Shown here piece after piece: positions 13,170 to 26,639 of a stretch of 64,000 nucleotides of DNA (within the stretch, counting starts at the first letter, position 1; each line of letters opens with the position of its first letter). Made by a program: the position numbers and the translations under genes. The notes beneath the pieces were generated by a model that was not told the origin of the DNA, made no database searches, and saw only the letters and a program-made list of their open reading frames with translations. Source of the stretch: Euprymna scolopes (lineage: Eukaryota); assembly GCA_053919585.1 (NCBI GenBank), contig CM132799.1. One strand, given 5' to 3'.

Positions 13170-13817
13170 GCGGGCATCCATCACCCACTACACTACCCCA
13201 TAGATTAAATAAAAAGTTCTGTTTGAAATGCTGTGCTGATTCCTGAGTTAGACAAAATATACCTGAAGAAGGTCGAAGGTTAACGTGCAAATAACACTCA
13301 AGATGAGAACAGTAAGCCAAAAAGGACCATGCGACTATCTCTGTTATTCCTCTAACAACAGCAAGTAACATTCGCCCGCTACAAGATTGACTCTCTCCTT
13401 TCAGCTCATTTACATAGTGTGTTAGTGTTGCAATATTTTTGCTACAATAAAGAAGGCTATGATTACAAAATAATTGGAAGGTTCTATTTATAGACGGGGG
13501 TGACAGGAACTGACTAATAAAGACCGACCAATCAGAGACGGGAATCACTCCATAAAACCAATTGGATATTTTAGAATTCTGCACATAGTTTTTTGTTCTT
13601 CACATGAGAAAGAACTTTGCTCTTTAGGATTTCTTCGAATTGACTAACGAAAACTATATTCCTAGTCTTTGCTTTTACGATTCAAAGCGTTTCTGGATTG
13701 ATACGACCATTTTGTTTTGTACAACATTTCTCTTTTCTTTGTTTCTAAAACTTAAATGGTTAACCATTCAAAGGTTAGTATGTACCATGGACATGTATAT
13801 AAATTAAATAGCCAAAT

Positions 13818-14000
13818 AATGTGCTTAACAAAACTCTGCCGTGTCAAACATGTGGTACCTTATCTTTGTCCAACCATATTTAGGACGTCTTTCCCTGTGG
13901 CTCACGAGCCACATGTTTAACACATCTATTTCCGCTCTCATGTCTCAAATACCTACTTCTTTGAACACGTGTGTCCTTTTTATCTCTGCTGTCACATCGC
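13818..14000 (+). repeat. Dispersed ~185-bp repeat (second copy at ~52923-53110)
   Basis: Both copies start aatgtgcttaacaa..ctctgccgtgtca and share ctcacgagcca.gt and ctgct.tcacat. Confidence 0.7.
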
Positions 14001-14198
14001 ACACCTGGCTTGGTCATGTGCATATAGATGCTGCTGCTAACCCATATTAACGTATATTAACCATGAGGGTACTATAGAAGCAAAGAGATTTAGTTAAGCA
14101 AGAAAAAATATCCTAACGGATATTTCAAGTTAATGAGTTTTCATATGAAATCAAAGTGGAATAAAGGATTTTAGTCATGGATAGTCAGTCTAGTACTA

Positions 14199-14232
<34 letters not shown>

Positions 14233-14620
14233 GTATATATAGATTGCAGAAATTGTCCTCTAGACCAAAGTACCGTAGGTTTGCAACAGATGCCATATAC
14301 GAATTCATTATGTCTAGACTATTAGACATTATATATTATGTAACTATAAAACGCCATTTTAGATACATTTAGTCGTTATTATAAAATTCTACTTTACATC
14401 TTACGAACATCATCACAATCGCAACCACCTTTAGAGGAAGTAGTTCCTATTTTTCCTTCTCGATATCAAATACTCCTACTCAAATACTCCTACTGCCCCT
14501 GGTCATTGCCAGGAGGAATTCTTCACTTTCGACAGATATGCGGTTTCATCCTCCAAAACTGGATGATAAACTCATACGCATAACGTAATCTTTCTCTTTT
14601 TCAATTCAGAAATGTATAGT

Positions 14621-17003
14621 CAATATCACAATACAAAAAAATAACAATATCACAATACAAAAAAAATAACAATATCACAATACAAAAAAAATAACAATAT
14701 CACAATACAAAAAAAATAACAATATCACAATACAAAAAATAACAATATCACAATACAAAAAAATAACAATATCACAATACAAAAAAATTACAATATCACA
14801 ATAAAAAAAAATAACAATATCACAATACAAAAAAATAACAATATCACAATACAAAAAAATAACAATATCACAATACAAAAAAATAACAATATCACAATAC
14901 AAAAAAATAACAATATCACAATACAAAAAAATAACAATATCACAATACAAAAAAATAACAATATCACAATCCAAAAAAAATAACAATATCACAATAAAAA
15001 AAAAATAACAATATCACAATACAAAAAAATAACAATATCACAATACAAAAAAATAACAATATCACAATACAAAAAAAATAACAATATCACAATACAAAAA
15101 AATTACAATATCACAATACAAAAAAATAACAATATCACAATACAAAAAAATAACAATATCACAATACAAAAAAAATAAGAATATCACAATACAAAGAAAT
15201 AACAATATCACAATACAAAAAAATATAAGAATATCAAAATACAAAAAAAAACAATATCACAATACAAAAAAAAATATCACAATACAAAAAAAAAAAATCA
15301 CAATACAAAAAAAAATATCACAATACAAAAAAAAAAATCACAATACAAAAAAAAATATCACAATAAAAAATAAAAATATCACAATACAAAAAAAATATCA
15401 AAATACAAAAAAAATAAGAATATCACAATACAAAAAAAATAAGAATATCACAATACAAAAAAATAACATCACAATACAAAAAAATAACAATATCACAATA
15501 CAAAAAAAATATCACAATACAAAAAAAATATCACAATACAAAAAAATAACAATATCACAATACAAAAAAAATAACAATATCACAATACAAAAAAATAACA
15601 ATATCACAATACAAAAAAATATAAGAATATCACAATACAAAAAAATATAAGAATATCAAAATACAAAAAAAAACAATATCACAATACAAAAAAAAATATC
15701 ACAATACAAAAAAAAAAAATCACAATACAAAAAAAAATATCACAATACAAAAAAAAAATCACAATACAAAAAAAAAATATCACAATAAAAAATAAAAATA
15801 TCACAATACAAAAAAAATATCAAAATACAAAAAAAATAAGAATATCACAATACAAAAAAAATAAGAATATCACAATACAAAAAAATAACATCACAATACA
15901 AAAAAATAACAATATCACAATACAAAAAAATAACAATATCACAATACAAAAAAAATAACAATATCACAATACAAAAAAATAACAATATCACAATACAAAA
16001 AAATTACAATATCACAATACAAAAAAAATTACAATATCACAATAAAAAAAAATTACAATATCACAATACAAAAAAATAACAATATCACAATACAAAAAAA
16101 TAACAATATCACAATACAAAAAAATAACAATATCACAATACAAAAAAATAACAATATCACAATACAAAAAAATAACAATATCACAATACAAAAAAATTAC
16201 AATATCACAATACAAAAAAATAACAATATCACAATACAAAAAAATAACAATATCACAATACAAAAAAATAACAATATCACAATACAAAAAAATTACAATA
16301 TCACAATACAAAAAAATAACAATATCACAATACAAAAAAAATAACAATATCACAATACAAAAAAAATAACAATATCACAATACAAAAAAATATAAGAATA
16401 TCAAAATACAAAAAAATAACAATATCACAATACAAAAAAAAATATCACAATACAAAAAAAAAAATCACAATACAAAAAAAAATATCACAATAAAAAATAA
16501 AAATATCACAATACAAAAAAAATATCAAAATACAAAAAAAATAAGAATATCACAATACAAAAAAATAACATCACAATACAAAAAAATAACAATATCACAA
16601 TACAAAAAAATAACAATATCACAATAAAAAAAATAACAATATCACAATACAAAAAAAATAATAACATCACAATACAAACAAATAACATCACCATACAAAA
16701 AATAGCATCACAATACAAAAAAAATAACGATATCACAATACAAAAAAAATAACAATATCACAATACAAAAATTAACAATATCACAATACAAAAAAATAAC
16801 AATATCACAATACAAAAAAATAACAATATCACAATACAAAAAAATAACAATATCACAATACAAAAAAAATAACAATATCACAATACAAAAAAAATAACAA
16901 TATCGTAATACAAAAAATATATCACAATACAAAAAAATAACAATTATCGCAATACAAAAAAAATATCGCAATACAAAAAATATAACAATATCGCAATACA
17001 AAA
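14621..17003. repeat. 24-bp tandem satellite (AATATCACAATACAAAAAAATAAC)n, about 2.4 kb
   Basis: Direct inspection; the array produces the spurious (CDIVIFLY)n ORFs. Confidence 0.97.
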
Positions 17004-18331
17004 TATTAAATGCATAACTTCAGTTTTCCATTTTACTTAAGCAAAGAACTCTGTTGATTTCCCAGACTAATTCCGCATCTTCTGATTGGCTAAACTTTAA
17101 CCATTCCTATATTCCAGATTAACAGTAACCACATGCTAAATGAATCCTAATGTATCATTCAAACATGGCATCGCAATGATACCTACTTTCTTCCTCTGAG
17201 GAAATTGCTGCGTTATCTTTCTTAAGTTTGACAGTATAATTCTGTATTTACTTTCTCTCTCTCTCTCTCTCTGTATATATTCTTCCCAACTCCTTATCTC
17301 TCTCTCTCCTGCTTTCTCTCTCGCATGCTCAATCGCTCCCTAATTCTCTCTCCCTCTCATTCGCTGGCTTTTTATTTTTCTTTTTAAAAACAACAAACAT
17401 TTAGTTCCTCTCGCTCTCACTTTCTCATTTTGTACATTTGTTCCAGTAATTAATTATATATTTTTTAAAACAAAGTAGGTTTAACTCCATGGTGTGAATG
17501 CGGTATTTTACTCAAAGGAACCGGCTTAAAGTATTCACAAAAAAAAGACCTTCGACCCCCTCCACATCCTCCCTAATCAACAGAGTTCTATGCTTAAGTA
17601 AAATGGAAAACTGAAGTTATGTATTTAATAATGTGATATTGTTATTTTTTTTTTTTTTGTATTGTGATATTGTTTATGCGTTTTATAGACACACTTTTAC
17701 AAAATGTATACACTCTGATGACCGTGGGCGAATAGTGGATTTATAAAAAATATGGGATACACGCAGGTGTGATACGTTTTCTAGACTGGCAGAGAGATCC
17801 TACCTTCTTTGCAGCAGCCTTTGCAGCATCTTCTATGTATTTATTCCAATCCTTGTTACTTGTGAATGTCAATCTCTCAGGAATGCAAGCATTTGTGTGC
17901 ATAGCTTAAAGGAAATTTCAGTTTGTTGCATCAATGCATAAAATAAGTACGATAGATGCGATTTGAATTTATCAAAGTTAGTTCCATCTTCTATAAATAG
18001 TGTCTATTCGACCAAATTATGCCTTGGCGCCAATGTTTGCCAGTTTTTCTCCTTTTTTGTGCGTATTTTTCTTTTCTTTTTAATATTTTTTTGTTCTCAT
18101 TCTTTAATTGCTTTCGTACTCCCTGACCCACCCGACCTACAAACCCCACCAAAGTGTGCGGAATTTCCTGTTGTGGTTCCAACGCACTTTCTGCTATTTG
18201 AACATAAGTGGCTACGGGTGACCACATCTAAGAGTTCTACTTCTGTCCGTCCCTCCCCACTTGACCTCCCTCTCCCTCACAACTTTTGGCACTTTACCAA
18301 TATTACACTTCTAGTTGCAGCAGGTGCTCTG

Positions 18332-18389
<58 letters not shown>

Positions 18390-18503
18390 TATCTGTAAAG
18401 GATAAAGCAATTTCTGTGGCAGAGCTCAATGCGTAGCAGAGCATAATCAAATATTCTGAAAATCTCACTTTACTCTGTAAACATAAATATATTTATATAT
18501 ATA

Positions 18504-19094
18504 CTAGCAGGCTGCCCGTCGTTGCTCGGCCATAAAATACGCATAAATATTATATTTTAATTAATGCAGAATTCTTATTTATTATAAAAAGAAATATCGT
18601 AGGTATTAAAATGTAAATTTAAACTCCTTAAAAAAAAAAATTGAAGTAAAAAAAAAAAAAAAAAAAAATGAAAAGAAACTGAGACATGTGCATGCGAGTA
18701 TTATGTTTTTTTCTAAACAGTTCATTTCTTGTAAGAAAAAGAATGTTCGATCCGAGATCGAAACCAAAATCTAATGCCAATGAGTCAAATACTACGATAA
18801 CCATTATGCCAGCTTGACACAATTTTTAAAAAGTGTTTTAAACCTACTTATACTTCACATAATGAATCTGTCATGTGAACAGTTCATGCATGTGTATTCA
18901 TGAAGCAGCAAAAAAAAAAAAAAAACGACCCCCATGTCTTAATTTTTAAATTTTGACCCCTTAGCAGCCTGTTTTGTCAGTTTAAAATCGATTACAGTTT
19001 TCCACATGTTTGAATGCCCCATATATCAAATTTCAAGTCTGTAGATCAAAAATTTGTTGAGGATATAGGTTGAGAATTGTCCTCACACACACAT

Positions 19095-19100
<6 letters not shown>
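18504..19100 (-). mobile_element. Non-autonomous Helitron-like element
   Basis: The + strand a|CTAGcaggctgcccgtcgttgctcgg is a reverse hairpin+CTAG end. The other end runs into cacacattctca(ta)n. Confidence 0.6.
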
Positions 19101-19140
<40 letters not shown>

Positions 19141-19519
19141 GAAACACGTGGCTGTGGATAATTATATTTTAAAAACAATATATATGCCGCTCCCCATTTA
19201 GGGGTACCAAATTGATTAAAGGGAAAATTATTCCCAACTTGCATTTAGGTAAAATGCACTTTCGTAAATAATTGAATTCATTCAAAACGTATCACAAAAA
19301 CAAATAGCACACACATACACACACACATAACCCTAGCCCTAACACATACACGCACGCACACACACACACACACACACACATATATGTAGTATTCCGAATT
19401 TTACTGGGTTTATATAATTCAGTAATCGTTCATATACCAATAATTTTTAAGCCAAAAAGGGATGACTTAAACTGTAAGCTACAAAATTATATTTCATAAG
19501 TGAGCATTCATATATTGTT

Positions 19520-19948
19520 TTAACAAAAAACAAGACTGCAAAGAATGTGTTGATAGCAACAAATAGTGTATTTCATCGTTAGTTACAATTGTTTCAAGAC
19601 CATTCGGCCAAATCCAAACATTATGTCGTTTGAAAATTTTCACAAGAACAGCCCTTCTTCAGACTTATTAAATAAAAAACACTTTACCAATAAAACATAC
19701 TTTGCAACGATGCGATATAGGTAAAATACTTTCGCTTTTTTTCTTTTCCTTATAAGGAAATGGTTTCCATAATGTTTTATTGTTAAAGTGTTTTTTTTAT
19801 TCAGTAAGTCTGAAGAAAGGCTGTTCTTGTGAAAATTTTCAAACGACATAATGTTTGGATTTGTCCGAATAGTCTTGAAACAATTGTAACTAATGATGAA
19901 ATACACTATTTGTTGCTATCAACCCATTCTTTGAAGTCTTGTTTTTTG

Positions 19949-19952
<4 letters not shown>
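19520..19952. repeat. Long inverted repeat / foldback element (arms 19520-19699 and 19772-19952)
   Basis: About 180-bp arms that are highly similar reverse complements, with a ~70-bp spacer. Confidence 0.9.
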
Positions 19953-19983
<31 letters not shown>

Positions 19984-20952
19984 ATGATTTTTTGTAGTGT
20001 ACAAAATTTGTACATTGCAATTTTGTATCAAAAACATGTTTTATTGATATTCATAATTAAAAGTATGAATAAAACTGGAAGGCCAGCTGTCCAAGAGGCT
20101 AATCACCTTTAAACCTAAGAAACATTCCTTCTGTTTACAAAGAGAAGGTGTCTTCAAATGAACGTGAATGGTCTCCAAAATCTTCTGATAGAAGTCTGAA
20201 TGAGCATGATTCAAAATGGTAAATATATACTATTGATATGCAAGCCAAATTTTGTTAAATAATTGTTTGATAATTTTCCAAAAATGGTTTTTGACTTTTA
20301 GTTTTCTGGGGTTTTTTTTTTTACGTTTTAGTTTATGAATCCCATGAAAACTCATAAATTTTTATCCATACAAATAAAAAAATAAACAAGATAAAACTCT
20401 GACACGATTTTCTTTTTTAAATTTAACTTGAAAGGACCTTGATAAAAAGAATTGAACATGTCAAAAATCTCAAGCAATATTTAAGTCTGAACGTTTTAGT
20501 AAATTATCTTGAGAAATAATTATTATCTTGCTGTCAAAGATATTTCAAATGAAAAGAAATAAGTCACTTAAATAGAAGACTCTTGAGGATTTCTTAGCAA
20601 AAAGGAAAAAAATGCATTGAAACCTCTTGAGGCGTCTTCGGGTATCTTGTGATTCAAACAATTAAAAATTTCATGGAATTTATTTTCTATTTTTGTAAGG
20701 AATGATATCTTTAGGCTTTTTTAAAATTTTTATTTATCGTATATCTTTATGTTAAAAATTTTTCCTGTCCTTATGTTATTAAAAACAATATCTTTACATG
20801 AATATATTGAAGTCATTATAACTTAAGAGATGATGATAATACTTGGAAAGTATACGTTCACAGTGGAGAGTTTGTAGTGAAGCAATGGTTTCATAATATC
20901 TAACTGCATTTCTCCACACTTGAGATTACTTCAGCTCAATGGTAGAGAGAGA

Positions 20953-21456
20953 TTTTTTTTTTTTTTTTACATGGGAGTCACCACTTATCAAGGCCCAGAG
21001 GCCACTCGAGGATAAGGGTTAATGGGTGTACAGTAGTGAATGGGATAATATCGTAGAAATCGTTAGTAGTGGAAATTTGGTAAATTGGATTTCACCAAGA
21101 ATTTGTTTGCGTTGGACTTGAAGACAACCAAATTGTAGTCAGCTGGAAAGAAGGCAAATGAAAGAGGGTTCCACAGGTGTGCAGTTCTAAGAAAGCAGCT
21201 TTGTTCATGGAATCTACGTTTTAGGTTTAGGCACAAATAAAGAGTGGAGGAAATTATTGATAGTAGTTCCAGTTAGATGTGTGTTTTTCATGAAAGTTTG
21301 GTGAGATGGGGTGACTATAGATAGGAGCTCAGACGAGCATTTGCCATGAAAATAATGATAAAGAAAAGACAGGCTTGCAACGTTTCTTCTGTGGGAAAGA
21401 AGTTGTAGGGAAGAGAAAAGGGCATTCGCCACTAGGCTATGAAGTCTATTTTGACC
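20953..21456 (-). mobile_element. CR1/L2-like family A 3' fragment
   Basis: Poly(T) at 20953, reverse 3' UTR stem, and ORF 21214-21561 with LFSSLQLLSHRRNVASLSFLYHYFHGKCS. Confidence 0.85.
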
Positions 21457-21814
21457 TCTGTCATGGCAAGATAAGTTCTTTTTAAGTGCCAAGATGATCA
21501 GTATCAATGCAAGGATCATTGTAAGAATACTGGTAAGATTTTGGAGTTTATCTTCTAGCATGATTTTTCTACCAACCTCTATTGTTTATAGGCTGAGATA
21601 TGCCAACTTCGACTCATTATTGGACCATCTATGTCATTGTTAATTCTATTAAAAGAAAACTTTTTATTGAACCCAGATAAGACATATTGTCACTAGAGCA
21701 TAAGGGGATACTGTGATTGGATTCAGATTTATAGAAGGACAAGTTGAATAGCAACTGAAACATAGGGAGGTGCTGTAATAGGAATCGGATTTATAGAGGA
21801 GCAACCTGAACAAG

Positions 21815-21950
21815 AGTTAAGCAGCAAGATATTTGTTCACATTACATTTAAATTTCTGCATGTTGGTAAAGTTGCGAAAACAGGGAGCAAGAAGAGATTC
21901 TGGGGATTCGGTCTGAGGAAAGAAGCTATCAGAGTAGAAAATGTTCAGCC
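21815..21950 (-). mobile_element. CR1/L2-like family B ORF2 end fragment
   Basis: Minus strand encodes FYSDSFFPQT...NMQKFKCNVNKYL, matching the family B C-terminus. Confidence 0.6.
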
Positions 21951-24344
21951 AAATGGGCCAGGATATTTATGGTTTGGAGATATAAATGATGCAACAGAGA
22001 CTGGAGCTTGGCAGACAGTGTGAGAATTATTAAGAAAATGTGAACGGTATGAAACTGCAATTTCTCACTAGCTTAAAGTGGGCCAAAAAATGGGGAAAAA
22101 TAAATATCTCATTGTTGCTTATGCGTGATTTGTGGGTATGCTGGAAGCAAAATTTAATGGTCTTCCTGAAAATCAAATATTTCAATCAAAGCTCCCAATT
22201 CTAAGGGTTTGGGGTTGCATTAATTTATTTGGGCATATTTGACAAAATAACCGTTTTGACCATAACTTAGCTAAAAATTATCTGAGAATGGTTGGAAGCT
22301 TGAAAATGGAATTTAATGTCCTTATTGCTTATTTTGGTTGATTTTTAAACCATTTTTGATCTTCAACTTTTTTTTTGTTTTAAAGTAAAACTTCAGAATT
22401 TGTATAATTTTGCCAAGGAAATCACTTAATTTCTATAATATATGATAAAACATTCAACGGGTTTCCAAAGAATAGTTTCACCCATCTGTATTCCAAATGC
22501 TCCTCCTCATCTCAGATTTATAGATTTCAATTGCAAAAATAGCTTCTCTGCATATTATTAAATTAACTTTTACTCATTAGTTCGGATTGCCATGTTTATT
22601 CTTTATTAGAGGGACCTGTGGAAATTCCACAGTGGGTAGTAGAAATAATTGTCGCTTTTCTTTCAATAATAATTATTTCCAATTAAAGAGATTTTTTGTA
22701 GAATTAAGGCATGTAACTTAATCTGAGCCTAATTTTCTTTTCTTTTTTAATAAACCATGACACACACACATCCGTTAAAAGTATTAATAAATTATAAAAT
22801 TTTTCGCAACCATTTTTACATTACAATTTTAAGAACAAATTTTCCATGAGAAATCGTGTCAAGGAGGCTATTAATACAGGATAATAAGGTTTGACTAAGA
22901 AAATAAGTATCAAATTAAAAACAGAAACCGCATGTTTTCTTCAAAACGTACGGCTCAAAAGCAACTTCTCTTTAAAAATAAATTTGTGTCTTCGGTGATC
23001 AGGATCTTCAACTCATTTTTGAGTCATGTCTTCGGTGATCAGGAGGATAGAAAATAACATACTACGGACATAAAATTATCGTATCTATATACAAATAATT
23101 TGATGTTTTTAGCATGCTATCACCTTCTATCTGCCTTTTACATGAATAGGATATCCTGATCGAATAATTTATAATCTGGAAACTGTAACCTGTGCACTTA
23201 CGTATGTAAAAGGTACTACAGTATTAATACATGGATTTTTGTTTTCATGTGAATGGTCAAGTTCGAGAGATCAGAATTCAAAAACAAAAATGTTCCACAC
23301 TCTCAAAAATTGAACCCACATCCGATATAGCTTCATGTCATATCTAGTTAATTCTACACAATCATACCTTGTTGCCACCTGGCATCACTGTACCTGTGTG
23401 CATGTTGTTCTTCCAAGGATGAAGTCAGCACCATTGGTTGCAAAAAATGGTCACCAACATCTTCTCAAATTATTTTTCAACTGATTCAATTTAATCTTAG
23501 AAAATGAATCATTTAGTTAGCATGAATTGTCTGATAAACTAAGTCAAAGTGAGAAAGAGAGTCAATTAACTTTTTAAGCTCATTGCTTAATTATGTCCTA
23601 ATAAGATTATAGTATAATTGCTTCTTCTAAACTGTCTAGAATAGTACCTCGCATCATATCTGACCAAATATTAATTTCCTTAATCACAATCTTCTTTACC
23701 TAATATTAGATAAGTCAAACGTTTGCACCTTTCATGACCCCTTGTGGAAAATTCTTATTTTCAACTTAACGCCAGATCTATTTGATCCATTATATTTTAA
23801 CCAATAATTATGCTAGATACCCACGAATATTTCACACTATAGATGGTGCTATAATTGATAATGCACTTCTTGGTCAGACAAACCTGGAAGTAATAGTAAC
23901 TCCCCAAAGCTTCCAAACCACCATCTGCAAAATAAAATAATAATGGGGTTATATATGCGACTGGAGACCGCTTATGAATTTCATATTTCCATGAAACTTC
24001 CTCCTTTGGAGAAAACTAGTTAAACCCACATTAGGGTTAATACTGCAGTTTCATTTTTTTTTTTTTTTTTTTTTTTCATTTTGGTTCTGCACCTTATGCG
24101 TCTTTGTTTGTCACATGGCAATGACAAATGGTCAGAGAACGACAGGTCTTGATGTCGACTCTTCCTTGCTTTTCTTTGATCAGGTAGATGTGTCACTACC
24201 AGTTGCCACTGCTCATACCACGATTAGGAATGATTGTATTGTTTCTGTAGGATGAATGTGTAAAGCAAAATACAATTCTGAATTAAAATTTAATAAAAGA
24301 TTTTTTAGTATGTTGTGGTTTGCTTGAAGCATTGGTTAACGGAT

Positions 24345-24558
24345 GAAAGATGTGTTTGAAGGCTTGTCAATGCAGGAATTACTCAGTCATTGTAAGAAGT
24401 TAAATAATAATTCAATTTTTTTTTTTTTTAATTTTATTTATTTACCTGATTATAGATCAGGTAAATAAATTTTAAAAAAATTTTGAATTATTTATTTATC
24501 CATCTGCTTACAACGACTGAATAATTCTTGCATTGACAAGCCTTCAAAAACACCTTTT
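24345..24558. repeat. Near-palindromic hairpin centred at about 24452
   Basis: ttgaaggcttgtcaatgca...tatttacctgat|tatag|atcaggtaaata...tgcattgacaagccttcaa. Confidence 0.85.
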
Positions 24559-25640
24559 ATTATTTTTTTCTACTTTTAATTAAATTAAAAAAAAATTTCT
24601 TCTGAAAAATCATGTGATAAAGTTTGTTTATATATATTTTTTTAAGCGGTTCAATTCCTTACTTCACCAAATCCATTAGTGGGGCAGGTTATCTCAATAT
24701 TCCATAAGAATCTTTCACTTAGTGATACAAGCACCAAAATTGGCACAAATGACGTTCAGAACATACATTTTAAGAAAAGAACGTTAGCCATAAGAAAATT
24801 CAAGATGGCTGCCAGTTTTCAAGATGGCTGCAGAAGCAAACCTGACAAATTTCAATTTTGGTGCTTGTATCACCAAGTGAAAGATTGTTTCAGCAATCTA
24901 CCCCACTACATGTCTTAATATTTGCATTATGAGCAACCATGCAATCCACTTTACATTTTTAAAGGGGATCATGGACTCCAAGAAGTTACCTGGAACACAG
25001 CTGATGAATTTTAGCCATATAAACAAATATGACTGGTGTGTGTTGTTTAATCTTGTCTAGTGGCAGTGGTGTAGAAAAATTGGATACTGAGTAAAAATCA
25101 AATTGAAATTGGAAAATTCCATGCGAGGTTAATTTAAGCAAGAAGATTTAATTTTCTTTTAGAAGTCAAGTTAGAAGTTCAATGAACGTGTACCAGTGTA
25201 ATGTGGATGCGCATATGTAAATGCATGAACAGTGACGTCCTCAGTGGAGGAAGGACTATAAAAAAGAAAGACAAGGATCTTGACAGATGAGATAATGTTT
25301 GAAATCTCTGGAGAGACATGCAGAATTTCTACATCACGTGGGTGACGCCACAGCTGTAACGACGAAAAAATAAATGTCATTGTGCAAACCAAAAAGTGAG
25401 TCAGTTATTTCCTGTTCTTTTTTGTTAACTTTGTGACTAAGGCCACAACATGTGTGCGAATGTACAACATTACACCAGAAATGGCATCATGAACAGGAAG
25501 TACAAGGCGGAAAAGCTAGAGATTTCCTGCCTCTAGGGAATTAGACATCAAAGTGATTGGTCTTGTTTTTTTTTTTTTTGTGTCCTTCACCACCATACGG
25601 CATTTGGAATAGGAAAGTGCAGTTCATCTGGATGTTAATT

Positions 25641-25886
25641 CCATCTGTCCATAGCCTTTAAGCCCCTGGAGGGGCATAGGCCATCTACAACTTTTGTTGT
25701 AGATTATTTTGTAGCAAGGAGTTCTTTTTACAGGGTGAAGGTGCTGGCCCCACGCCCAACCTTACCAGAAGGTGCATACAGCGCCTAGCCTTCCCAAATG
25801 GTCACCCATCTGGTACTGGCCAGGCTCAACGTTGCTTAACTTCAGTGATCTGGCAAGAACCGGTGTGTCGACGTGATTATGGTGTA
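25641..25886 (-). mobile_element. 5S-derived SINE with bipartite RTE-like body, body type 2
   Basis: 12-bp TSD TGGATGTTAATT (25629-25640 and 25887-25898). The 5S-like head is followed by ggttgggcgtggggccagcaccttcaccctgtaaaaa and then ggcctatgcccctccaggggc..gga. Confidence 0.85.
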
Positions 25887-26639
25887 TGGATGTTAATTAC
25901 TGTAAGAATAAAACAAAAGCTCAGAGCAGATAGTGGAGTTAGTTGTTCTTTTTAATTGCTTCTATTGCTTCAGCTTCAAAGAGAGAGGAGAAAAGTTCAA
26001 CATCCTATCCTATGAGCCAACTACTATGCGGCATTGAGAAAGATGAATAGCATTTTCTACTGACAGCACAACAACGTGATCCAGTGAGTGTTGAAGAATC
26101 TTTCATGCCATATTACAAGTTGTTTATTTGTACGGTAATTCACGTGATGTTGGGTGTTGATCTTAGTAGTATCAAAATATAGGCTGCCTCTGTTTCCCTT
26201 TGTGGTAATATGTAATAACGGTGACCATTATGCTTTTAGGTTTTAATATTTTTCTTACAGAGTTACACCTTATTAGTCCCCCCCCCCCCCACCTTTGGAA
26301 GGAGGTCAGAAATCCTCAGAAATATGTCTGCTTTGTCTCGCATAGTATCACTATTCTGTCACTTTTAAAATGTGACTTCCTGTTTGCTATATCACTATGG
26401 GTTTCTCACCACATAACTAATATTCCCTATTCAGGCCAAGATCACAGTATAGTATCTGTTCTGTATACTTTATTTTTTCTGTCCTCGGTTAATGGAGGAG
26501 AATTCTTTCTAGGCCGAGACAATTTTAATTTTTATTCCTATCCAGAGTGTCCCTTTTTGGGGAGCTGGATTTTCTTCACCTTAAAAACCGACCTTGTGTC
26601 TAACGCTGCCCTCGTGGGGAGGTAAGTAAATAGGAATTC

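Noticed and set aside
14675-17001. ORFs with repeated CDIVIFLY
   Set aside because: Translations of the 24-bp satellite, broken by A-run length changes; no sign of real coding.
17714-17740. CTGATGA motif as a hammerhead
   Set aside because: Followed by GAAT rather than GAAA, with no pairing for stems I or III.
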